Positions 39,378-47,983 of a stretch of 64,000 bases of DNA are shown piece by piece. Source of the stretch: an uncultured bacterium (GTDB lineage Bacteria; Patescibacteriota; JACMRA01). Location of the stretch: assembly GCA_963784355.1 (NCBI GenBank), contig CAWAQU010000012.1:32001-96000 (forward strand), written 5' to 3'. The notes beneath the pieces were generated by a model, which saw nothing but the letters and a program-made list of their open reading frames with translations, did no database searches and was not told the origin of the DNA. Position 1 is the first letter of the stretch, and the number at the start of each line of letters is the position of its first letter. A program made the translations under genes and the position numbers.

Positions 39378-40490
39378 GTGAATTTACTGACATCTCTATA
39401 TTTGGAAGCAGCCAAAATCTTAAGTTATACAGCTCTATCTTTTTTGATAGCTATGTGGTGGGCGCCTAGCCTGATTAGCTTGTTAAAATGGTTGAAATTT
39501 TGGAAAAAGAAAAGTAGGGAAATTGCTACAACGGGTGAAAAATTCGAAGTTACCAAAAGTTTTTATGCACAAGATGAGGCCAAATTGCAAGTGCCTAGGG
39601 CAGGGGGCCTTTTAATATGGATAACTACTCTCAGTTTTGCCACATTTTTTTGGATTGTTTTAAAAATAGAACCAAATAGTAAATTTAGTCAGTTTTTAAA
39701 TTTTGTATCAAGAAAAGAAACATTTATACCACTAGGAACACTTTTTTTTGGATCAATTGTAGGGTTTATTGATGATGCGTTAGCTACTCTTGAAAATGGA
39801 GGAAACTACAAGGCAGGCGGGTTAAAGCTGAGTCATAGAGTAATTTTGGTCTGTATTTTAAGTTTATTAATTGGATTTTGGTTCTTTTTAAAGCTGAATT
39901 TAAATGATATTACTTTAATCCCGGGGTATTTAAATTTAACACATTTACAAATTCCCGGTGTTACAACAAATTGGGTTGTGATACCTGCTGTAGTTATTGT
40001 TTTGTTATCACTTTGGAGTAGTTCTGTTATTGATGGCTTCGATGGTTTGGCTACAGGTACTTTTATTCCAATTTATCTCTGTTTTGCGGGTATTGCCTTT
40101 GCAAGAGGCTTTTATGATATCTCAACTCTCTTAATGGTAATGGTTGGAGCGATGACTGCCTATTTATGGTACAATATACCTCCAGCTAGATTTATTATGG
40201 GGGAGACAGGGAGTATGGGAATACTGTTGATGCTAGGTGTAGTGGCTTTTCTAATAGATGCGGTATATATTATACCGATTGCAGGACTTATGCTTGTACT
40301 TACTTCTGCTTCAGACGTAATCCAGATTTTCTCTAAAAAAGTATTCAAAAGAAAAGTATTTTTGGCTGCTCCGCTGCATCACCACTTAGAGGCTATTGGT
40401 TGGCAAAGAAATCAGATTACTATGAGGTATTGGTTAGTTTCTCTAATGTGCTCTGTACTTGGTTTAGCTGTAGGGTTATTAGTTAGGTAA
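39378..40490 (+). CDS. mraY: Phospho-N-acetylmuramoyl-pentapeptide transferase
   Basis: 'VPRAGG', 'GFIDD', 'DGFDGL', 'MGETGS', 'APLHHHLE'. Confidence 0.92.
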   Translation: MNLLTSLYLEAAKILSYTALSFLIAMWWAPSLISLLKWLKFWKKKSREIATTGEKFEVTKSFYAQDEAKLQVPRAGGLLIWITTLSFATFFWIVLKIEPNSKFSQFLNFVSRKETFIPLGTLFFGSIVGFIDDALATLENGGNYKAGGLKLSHRVILVCILSLLIGFWFFLKLNLNDITLIPGYLNLTHLQIPGVTTNWVVIPAVVIVLLSLWSSSVIDGFDGLATGTFIPIYLCFAGIAFARGFYDISTLLMVMVGAMTAYLWYNIPPARFIMGETGSMGILLMLGVVAFLIDAVYIIPIAGLMLVLTSASDVIQIFSKKVFKRKVFLAAPLHHHLEAIGWQRNQITMRYWLVSLMCSVLGLAVGLLVR

Positions 40491-40759
40491 TAATATAAGC
40501 TAGGCGTCCTTATATTAAAAATAGAGTAATCTGTATTATTACTGTATTGCGATAAAATAATCAGTGTTTGATTCAGTGAACTAGAGTGTGATTTAGTTAA
40601 TAATAAAAACAGTCCTTCAATAATCAGATTTTACAATTTTGAAACACATTTTCTAAGATTAATTTGAATATAAATTACAAGTTTTTCACTTTTATTAAAA
40701 TAATTATAGTCATTTAGTATAGATAATTACTAAGCTAAAAGTTTTCCTTATAATATTTC

Positions 40760-40788
40760 TTGACAAATCTAATTTTTTTCTATATAAT
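40760..40788 (+). promoter_or_regulatory. Perfect-consensus sigma70 promoter
   Basis: TTGACA (40760-65), 17-nt spacer, TATAAT (40783-88). Confidence 0.85.
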
Positions 40789-40793
40789 ATAAC

Positions 40794-41129
40794 TAATCTA
40801 AAACAGATTAATTTTACAGCTACCTTAGAACCCGGCAGGGAAAAACAAAAGCTACTATCAACACAATGGTGACTTCTGTTTCTGCCTGTACCTTAGTAAT
40901 AATCGGTGTTTGCTGAAACATTGGTATTACAAAAACAAAAATATAATAACACAAAAACATAAAAATTTTAACAAAAACAAAACCAACTTAAAAACAAAAA
41001 TACAAAAATTATTTAATGGGTCTGGGTAGAAAAAAATCAGCCGAAGTTAGTGTTAAAAAACTAACCCGTATCTCGAGGGTAACTGCCTGTACTTGTTTAA
41101 AACTTTTGGGGCTTAGTTACCCTTTTTTT
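40794..41129 (+). ncRNA. Candidate structured non-coding RNA of unknown family
   Basis: Lies between a perfect promoter and a terminator; several helices with G-U pairs; G-free A-rich internal loop; no downstream same-strand gene. Confidence 0.6.
41076..41129 (+). terminator. Intrinsic terminator 1
   Basis: AGGGTAACT (41076-84) pairs with AGTTACCCT (41115-23), then a T run to 41129. Confidence 0.65.
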
Positions 41130-41188
41130 GTTGCCCAAATAATTTAAAATTAAACCCAATTAGTACATTTTTAGACAAATTTTATATT

Positions 41189-41214
41189 CTCCACCTAGCG
41201 TGGAGTATTTTTTT
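41189..41214 (+). terminator. Intrinsic terminator 2
   Basis: CTCCAC-ctagc-GTGGAG followed by TATTTTTTT. Confidence 0.7.
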
Positions 41215-41374
41215 GGCTTAATTTTCTAATTTATTAACTTGCTTCACTTTTTATAAATATTTAATAAAATAAATTGCCTGCTCAAAAGGAAAATAATCTT
41301 AAATAATCTAATTTGTAGACAAGTTGTTTAGTTAATAGTTAGTAGATTTAAATGGGAGGTAGGCCCAAGGTACA

Positions 41375-42262
41375 TTAATTTGCGAAAAAACCTGTTAGAT
41401 TGCCCTCTTGTTGACCATAGACGTGATACCTATCCAAATTTAATGGATTATCAAGATTTATTTCAAAGTTACCAATTTGTTCAATTGTGGTGTAACCTGT
41501 TTTGTAACCAATTTCACGAGCAAGCTTAATTGTTTTTGAGTCAAAAGCGCCATATGGATATACAATTGTTGAAATTTCCATATTTAACTCCTTCTCTAAA
41601 AAGCTTTTGCTTTCTTTAAGCTCGGATATTATTTGCTGTTCTGATAGTCTTATTTTAGAGCCAAATTCTAAACAATTACTTGTATTTATTGCTTTACTAT
41701 TTTCGGGCTTTATAAATATCTTAAGTCTTTGACCAAATTCTAAATTGGATGATAAAGTACAGTGATTTGATGTGTGAGAATCAATGCCCATATTTCTTTT
41801 TTTGAGCACTTTGATCTGATCCAAGCTCATATAGTCAGGTTTGCCGATAGCACTTGTAATTATTGCAAAATTAGCTTTAAAATTATATTTCTCAAGAATT
41901 GGTAGAGCGGTATCAAAACTGTCAGAAAAACCATCATCGATAGTTATGATTATAGGATTATTTGGGAGAGGTTTTTGATTTTCAATATAATCCACCAAGT
42001 CTTTACTTAAAATCGGATTATAGTTTTTCTCTTTTAAATAAACCATCTGTTTCTCAAAAATTTCTGGGCCTACCTTCAAATCAAAGCTAATTTTGTTCTC
42101 GCTTTGTAGATTAGAATAACTTATATGATGATAGGTAAGAATTGGTATCCGTAGGGTTTTTCTGGATTTTTTATTAAACTGTAGAAGTAAAACTGGTACT
42201 ACAATCAGTAAGCAAATTAAGAAAATAGATAGAATTTTAGCTAACTGTAGATTTTTTTTCAT
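41375..42262 (-). CDS. Polysaccharide deacetylase (CE4)
   Basis: 'PILTYH', 'TIDDG', 'SHTSNH', 'YPYG'; N-terminal TM. Confidence 0.9.
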   Translation of the reverse strand: MKKNLQLAKILSIFLICLLIVVPVLLLQFNKKSRKTLRIPILTYHHISYSNLQSENKISFDLKVGPEIFEKQMVYLKEKNYNPILSKDLVDYIENQKPLPNNPIIITIDDGFSDSFDTALPILEKYNFKANFAIITSAIGKPDYMSLDQIKVLKKRNMGIDSHTSNHCTLSSNLEFGQRLKIFIKPENSKAINTSNCLEFGSKIRLSEQQIISELKESKSFLEKELNMEISTIVYPYGAFDSKTIKLAREIGYKTGYTTIEQIGNFEINLDNPLNLDRYHVYGQQEGNLTGFFAN

Positions 42263-43664
42263 AGATTAATTCTCCAAAAATAAATAAAATGGTCCAATAT
42301 AGAGCAATTGCCTGACTTTCCCATAAGTGCAAAAATACATTACCTAAAAGAATAGCTACAAAAGCCAAGATTATGCTAAATTTTTGTATATTATAGTTTT
42401 TATGTATGAGAAATTTGTGTACCGGTATGAGTATTAGAGCTAAATACATTATGAAATACAATATGCCTCCATTTAAAATTAGTTGAATGTACCAACTTTC
42501 AGGTATGGTAAGACGTGTATTTAAAAATTGCCATTTGGAAGCTACAAAGCTATTTTCTGTCACAAGCCTCTCGGCCAAAATATTGTAATAATTTATTTTA
42601 GCTGCAGGCCCACTCATACCAAGTCCATAACCATGTAAAAATACAAAGTGATTCTGGTTTATAATATCCAGCCCGACTAAGATGGATCTGCTATGTCCCG
42701 CAGTTGAAGAAGGCTTGGCTATATAGTTGGGTGCTGAGTACAACTGTTCCTCAGAAATTTTTAAAAATTGTTTGCTCCCTACAATCGTTCCACAAAAAAC
42801 AAGAATACAGGCTGAAAGTATCAAAATGGGTTTAATGACCTCTATTTTAGCAAATTTAAGTAGAAATCTAGTTAGCAAAATATAAAAAATAAGCAATATA
42901 GCGGAAGCTGCAAGGCCAAACCAGGCAAATCTTGCAAGACTTAGAACTATAAAAATAATCCAAATACATAAAGTACCTATACCAAAAGTTTTGGATATAC
43001 TGTTTTTAGATTTTGATGTGAAGTTTATCAAAAAAGGTAAGACTAAGATGAGGTATCCGGCGAAGTGATTAGGGTTTCCAAAAACTCCTGCAAAGCTACA
43101 TGTTTTAGCTCTAAAATCTATTAGATGACAGCTTATAGGTGCTGTATCACTATTTATTTTTGAAAAACCTATTTGATTAAAAAATGTTTCCTGGCCGATA
43201 ACCAAGCTAACTATGAAAATTAAAATAATAGCAAGATAGCCAACTAAAACATAATTTACTAAGTTCTTTTTAAGAATTTTTAGATCAGGAGTAGTTAGAT
43301 TATACCAGGAAACGAGAATAGCAAAAAACCATAGCCATAACAACTCAAATCTGAAACCTATTATGAAAATATTAAGTTTTAAATGATTTAAGATAAGTGA
43401 TGTAAACGTGATGTATAGTGTTAAAAACGCAATTAAAATACCTGGCCAAATAGATTTAAAAGTTTCTATGATAGTTGGCTTCTTTACAAATATGGTTTTT
43501 ATACTATCAGCTACACAAAATAAGACTGTTAGAAGTATAATAATTTCTTTCCAGAAAACTAGTAACTCAAATTGATTTTTAGTTAAAAGTAGCGTAATTA
43601 TGGTCTGTACAGGCAATAGAGCAGCAAAAAGAAGTATAAATTGCTGTATATATTTTGAATACAT
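42237..43664 (-). CDS. O-antigen ligase/polymerase-like membrane protein
   Basis: Multi-TM; 'GVFGNPNHFAGYL', 'SLARFAW', 'GYGLG', 'PESWYIQ'. Confidence 0.75.
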   Translation of the reverse strand: MYSKYIQQFILLFAALLPVQTIITLLLTKNQFELLVFWKEIIILLTVLFCVADSIKTIFVKKPTIIETFKSIWPGILIAFLTLYITFTSLILNHLKLNIFIIGFRFELLWLWFFAILVSWYNLTTPDLKILKKNLVNYVLVGYLAIILIFIVSLVIGQETFFNQIGFSKINSDTAPISCHLIDFRAKTCSFAGVFGNPNHFAGYLILVLPFLINFTSKSKNSISKTFGIGTLCIWIIFIVLSLARFAWFGLAASAILLIFYILLTRFLLKFAKIEVIKPILILSACILVFCGTIVGSKQFLKISEEQLYSAPNYIAKPSSTAGHSRSILVGLDIINQNHFVFLHGYGLGMSGPAAKINYYNILAERLVTENSFVASKWQFLNTRLTIPESWYIQLILNGGILYFIMYLALILIPVHKFLIHKNYNIQKFSIILAFVAILLGNVFLHLWESQAIALYWTILFIFGELIYEKKSTVS

Positions 43665-43701
43665 AAAACCTTACTATTAATAGGTAAATAGCCTTATGTG
43701 A

Positions 43702-45084
43702 TTAGTTAGCTTCTACTTCCACCTCTTGTTTTCCTAAAACTCGATCAAATAACCAGCTAGCGCCTTTACTCCTCATCAATCTGTCAAAAGCGATTTCATG
43801 ATAGTACTCGTGCTCAGCATTTTTTCTAATATTGTATTCATCCGGCTTTTTCTCCATCTCATGAGCTACAGTTTCTAATTGCTCAGTAGTAATTTTATCT
43901 TCAATCTTTAATTCGTAAATAGTCCTTAAGATAAATACCCATTTAAACTCTTTTTTTACGTAATCGTTTATCTTGTTTTTAATCTCAACACCGTCGTCAA
44001 TCACTTTACCTTTAGTATCACTAATACCACTGGAAAGGAAAATCTCACCAAGACTTTGTCCTGTACTTTCAGCTTGTTGTTGTAATGTTTTTAAAATCCT
44101 ATTTTGTTCAGCTTCCATTCTATCCTCTGGTAAACTGAAATCAGGTACTACTTTCAAAGTATCTTGAATTAATTGTTTTCTTTGTAAATCCTCTTCAATT
44201 ACTTTTGTCTCTTGATCGTAATAGTTAGCCAAAAATTCTTGCAACTTTTCTTTATTTTCAAATTGTTTTTTAGCATTTTCAGTCTTCTCAAAAAGCTCAT
44301 CAAGATTTGTATAAGTTGGCTTTAGTATCTTTTTCACTTTAACTTTGTATTTAACACTAGAAGTTTTTTTACCTGTACTTGTAGGTACTTTGATACTAAA
44401 TTCTTTATCTTCATCAAGCTTTAGACCGATTAAATTAGATTGAAAATCTTCAGGTAATTCATCTGTACCTAAGGTATATGAAACATCTTTTAATTCTCTT
44501 GGCTCGGAGTCCTTAACTTCCTCAGTCAAATCTACAGTGACTTTATCAAATTTTTCTACAGCCTCAGTACTTTCAGCATAACTATTCAGTCCGGCTAAAA
44601 ATTTATTTTCTTCTCTGCTCACAAAACTTTCTTTGGACAATCTTTCAGGCATGTCTTCAACTTTAATCTCCGGTTTCTTAAGTTTTTCAAGACCAGATAA
44701 ATCAACTTTAGGAAGTAAATTTAGCATAATTCTAAATTTGAAACCTTCAGCTGTTTCTACAGTATGTTCAGGGTCGGTATCCACTGTTTGGCTTTGGATG
44801 ATTCTATCTTCTTTAGCTAAATTTTCTTTGATATCTTTTACTGCTTCACTACCGTATTTGGAAATAGTTTCTTGAAAAATTGTATCTTCTACAGCTGCAA
44901 CATTTACATTCTTTAGGGCTAATTCAGCTGGTGCTTTACCTTTTCTAAAACCGGGTACCTCTACATTGCTTAAAATTTGGTTTGTAAGTTTAGCTTTCCA
45001 AGGATTGTAGGTTTCTGCTTCAACAATATAATCAACAACATATGTTAAATCGTCAGCAAATTCGTTTTTAAGAACTTTAGGCAT
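43702..45084 (-). CDS. tig: Trigger factor
   Basis: Ribosome-binding signature 'VPGFRKGKAP'; typical length. Confidence 0.88.
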   Translation of the reverse strand: MPKVLKNEFADDLTYVVDYIVEAETYNPWKAKLTNQILSNVEVPGFRKGKAPAELALKNVNVAAVEDTIFQETISKYGSEAVKDIKENLAKEDRIIQSQTVDTDPEHTVETAEGFKFRIMLNLLPKVDLSGLEKLKKPEIKVEDMPERLSKESFVSREENKFLAGLNSYAESTEAVEKFDKVTVDLTEEVKDSEPRELKDVSYTLGTDELPEDFQSNLIGLKLDEDKEFSIKVPTSTGKKTSSVKYKVKVKKILKPTYTNLDELFEKTENAKKQFENKEKLQEFLANYYDQETKVIEEDLQRKQLIQDTLKVVPDFSLPEDRMEAEQNRILKTLQQQAESTGQSLGEIFLSSGISDTKGKVIDDGVEIKNKINDYVKKEFKWVFILRTIYELKIEDKITTEQLETVAHEMEKKPDEYNIRKNAEHEYYHEIAFDRLMRSKGASWLFDRVLGKQEVEVEAN

Positions 45085-45260
45085 AATATATTAAAACTGC
45101 CCTTTTCAGCGCTTTTTGTCAAGAGTGTAGATTGCAAGCTTCAAAACATGACTAGATAGATATATTTATCTCACATATGCTATAAATTTTTGTAAATATG
45201 GTTATTTCATTGACAAATGCTAACAGATTCTTTAAAAAATATGTACTAAATGATATATTT

Positions 45261-47099
45261 ATGTGTGGTATTGTAGGTTATTATGGAAATCCGGAAAAAA
45301 TAATTGCTACTTTGGTTGGCGGCCTAAGACGTTTAGAATACAGGGGTTATGATTCTTCAGGAGTTGCAGTAATTGATTTGGATAGTCAAGTTTATACTCG
45401 TAAGGCAGTGGGCAAGATTGTAAACTTGGAAGAAAAGTTGGATTTTGATAATAATTTAAGATTTGGGAAAATTGGTATTGCACACACCCGTTGGGCTACG
45501 CATGGTGTACCAAGTGAGGCAAACGCTCACCCTCATACTAGTTTTGATCAAAAAATTTGGGTAGTGCATAATGGTATTTTTGAAAATTATCAGGAATTAA
45601 AAGCTGATTTGGAAAAACAGGGGATTCAATTCAAAAGTCAGACTGATACTGAAGTAATAGCTAATTTAATCTCAGTCAACTATAGTGGAGATTTGGCTGC
45701 TGCGGTCAGAATTGCACTTAGTAAAGTAAAAGGGGCTTTTGCACTTGGTATATTTTGTGTAGATGAACCTGACAGATTAATTGCAGTTAAATTAAGTGCT
45801 CCCTTGGTTCTTGGATTAAAAGATAATGAATATATTATTGCTTCTGATGTGAGCGCAATTATTTCTTTGACTCGAGATGTAATTTATTTAGAAGATGGTG
45901 AAATGGTAGATATAAATAATGGTAGCTACCAAATTTCAGATTTTGTGGGAAGTGGGAGGCAAAAACAAATTCAAAATATTGACTGGACTGAGGAAGAAGC
46001 AGGAAAAGAAGGGTATGAGCATTTCCTACTCAAAGAAATTATGGAACAGCCTAAATCTGTTGAAGATACAATTAGGGGTAGATTGCTTAGGGAAACAGGA
46101 GAGATAAAATTTGGTGGTTTGATTGATATAGAGGATAGACTAAAAAACATAAATAAAGTAATTTTGATTGGGGTAGGAACTTCTTATTATGCAGCAAAAC
46201 TTGGAGAAATGTATTTTGAAGAACTGACCGGGATTTCGGCCAAGGCTGAGATGAGCCCGGAATTTAGGTACAAAACTACAGTAGTTGATAAAAATACTTG
46301 GGTGATTGTCCTAAGCCAGTCCGGGGAAACTGCAGATACTATTGCTGCATTGCAAGAAGCTAAAAAGAGAGGGGTACTAGTGACAGGTATAGTAAACACA
46401 GTTGGTTCAACTATCTCTAGAATGACTGAGGCCGGTGTATATAATCATATCGGTCCTGAAATTTCCGTAGCTTCAACGAAAGCTTTTACCTCACAAAGTT
46501 TGCTGTTACTGATGCATGCAATTTTTTTGGGACGGCTAGGAGGTTTAAATTTATCCAAAGCTCAACAACTTATTGGTGAAATTGAGAAATTACCGGATTT
46601 AATATCTAAAACTTTGAAGAAAAATGAAGAGATTTTGGCTCTAGCAAAAAAATATTATGATGCAATAAACATGTTTTATTTGGGTAGAAAATTTAATTAT
46701 CCAATTGCACTAGAAGGGGCATTAAAAATCAAAGAAATTAGTTATATCCACTCCGAGGGTCTGAGTGGTGGGGAACTAAAACACGGTTTTATTGCGCTTA
46801 TTGATGAGAAAATGCCTACTATTGCTTTAGCTACAGAAGATTCAGTTTATGAAAAGATGCTAAGTAATTTGGAAGAAATTAAGGCTAGGGGTGGGGAGAT
46901 TGTAGCTGTTGCTTCCGAGGGTGATAAAAACATTCATAAAATTACCGACAACATTATCTTTGTGCCTAAAACGCTGGAGGAATTACAACCTTTGATTAAT
47001 AATGTAGTTTTGCAACTATTTGCTTATCACTGTAGTAACTTAAAAGGTTTGGATGTTGATAAACCCAGGAATTTGGCTAAAAGCGTGACGGTTGAGTAA
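45261..47099 (+). CDS. glmS: Glutamine-fructose-6-phosphate transaminase
   Basis: Start MCGIV, 'LEYRGYDS', 'HTRWATHG', 'PRNLAKSVTVE'. Confidence 0.97.
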   Translation: MCGIVGYYGNPEKIIATLVGGLRRLEYRGYDSSGVAVIDLDSQVYTRKAVGKIVNLEEKLDFDNNLRFGKIGIAHTRWATHGVPSEANAHPHTSFDQKIWVVHNGIFENYQELKADLEKQGIQFKSQTDTEVIANLISVNYSGDLAAAVRIALSKVKGAFALGIFCVDEPDRLIAVKLSAPLVLGLKDNEYIIASDVSAIISLTRDVIYLEDGEMVDINNGSYQISDFVGSGRQKQIQNIDWTEEEAGKEGYEHFLLKEIMEQPKSVEDTIRGRLLRETGEIKFGGLIDIEDRLKNINKVILIGVGTSYYAAKLGEMYFEELTGISAKAEMSPEFRYKTTVVDKNTWVIVLSQSGETADTIAALQEAKKRGVLVTGIVNTVGSTISRMTEAGVYNHIGPEISVASTKAFTSQSLLLLMHAIFLGRLGGLNLSKAQQLIGEIEKLPDLISKTLKKNEEILALAKKYYDAINMFYLGRKFNYPIALEGALKIKEISYIHSEGLSGGELKHGFIALIDEKMPTIALATEDSVYEKMLSNLEEIKARGGEIVAVASEGDKNIHKITDNIIFVPKTLEELQPLINNVVLQLFAYHCSNLKGLDVDKPRNLAKSVTVE

Positions 47100-47152
47100 A
47101 TACCCAGGTTAAGTTGATATTATATTTACTTATTCTAAACCTGAAGATCACT

Positions 47153-47779
47153 TTAAGTGTTTATTAAGTGTTTAATAGCCTCTTGTATTTGATGATCAAA
47201 ATTATTATCCATATTTATCACTTTAAAACCATATTTTCTAGATTCTTCTTCAAAAAATTTTCCGTACTTGCAAATCATTTTTGCAATTTTGCTATATGTT
47301 TCTTCATTAATCGTTCTTTCGATTATCCAATTATTTGGTGTTGTGCTTTTTTTAATGCTACTTATAAACTTTGATTCATCAGTTTTGATAAGAGAAATAC
47401 TTTTAACTCTATTAGGATATTTTAAGGTTAATTCAGCAACTAGTTTAGGTTCAATATGGTAACCTTCAACTATAAAATCGTTGCCGTCTGCGATCTCGCA
47501 AATCGTAAACATATCAATTGCTGGATAAGAAGTTTTTGCCTGTACTTGATAAGCTTGGATAATTTCATCTATTGAATATTGAGAGTATTTTTCGTCATTA
47601 CTTTTTCCTCTTTGATAGATTGTAGGAAATTTTTCTGGATAATCATTCTCATCTATGTACGGTTTTATAACAACTTGAAGAGTATCGGTTGATATCCAAG
47701 GAATACCTTCCAGTTTTGACAATGTTTTTGCTAGAGTTGTTTTACCACATTTTGGTGGGCCTCCAATCAAATATATCAT
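47153..47779 (-). CDS. P-loop kinase (2-phosphoglycerate-kinase-like)
   Basis: 'LIGGPPKCGKTT', 'ISTD', 'IVEGYHI'. Confidence 0.75.
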   Translation of the reverse strand: MIYLIGGPPKCGKTTLAKTLSKLEGIPWISTDTLQVVIKPYIDENDYPEKFPTIYQRGKSNDEKYSQYSIDEIIQAYQVQAKTSYPAIDMFTICEIADGNDFIVEGYHIEPKLVAELTLKYPNRVKSISLIKTDESKFISSIKKSTTPNNWIIERTINEETYSKIAKMICKYGKFFEEESRKYGFKVINMDNNFDHQIQEAIKHLINT

Positions 47780-47983
47780 ATACCTAGTGTGATAAGTAAG
47801 TTCTAAATATTTGTAAAGAAGGTCCTCAATGTTTCTATAAAAAATAGCTCTTTAATTTAAGTTTGGTACCCTTATAAGATAACAAGCCTTACCGACAATT
47901 TAATAATATCTGATGCCTGTGATTGTCTAAAAATCAAATAAAATCCTTTTGACATGATTTAAGATCTATCTTATGTTAAAAGC

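Noticed and set aside
40490-41375. Intergenic gap as oriC, CRISPR array, tmRNA, RNase P, SRP or T-box
   Set aside because: No TTATCCACA boxes, repeat-spacer periodicity, tRNA-like ends, GAGGAAAGTCC, SRP GGAA-loop helix or T-box motif seen
45085-45260. glmS ribozyme upstream of glmS, and the ORF-track start at 45198
   Set aside because: No ribozyme core visible; TTGACA at 45210 leaves a very short leader; GlmS needs the Met-Cys start at 45261
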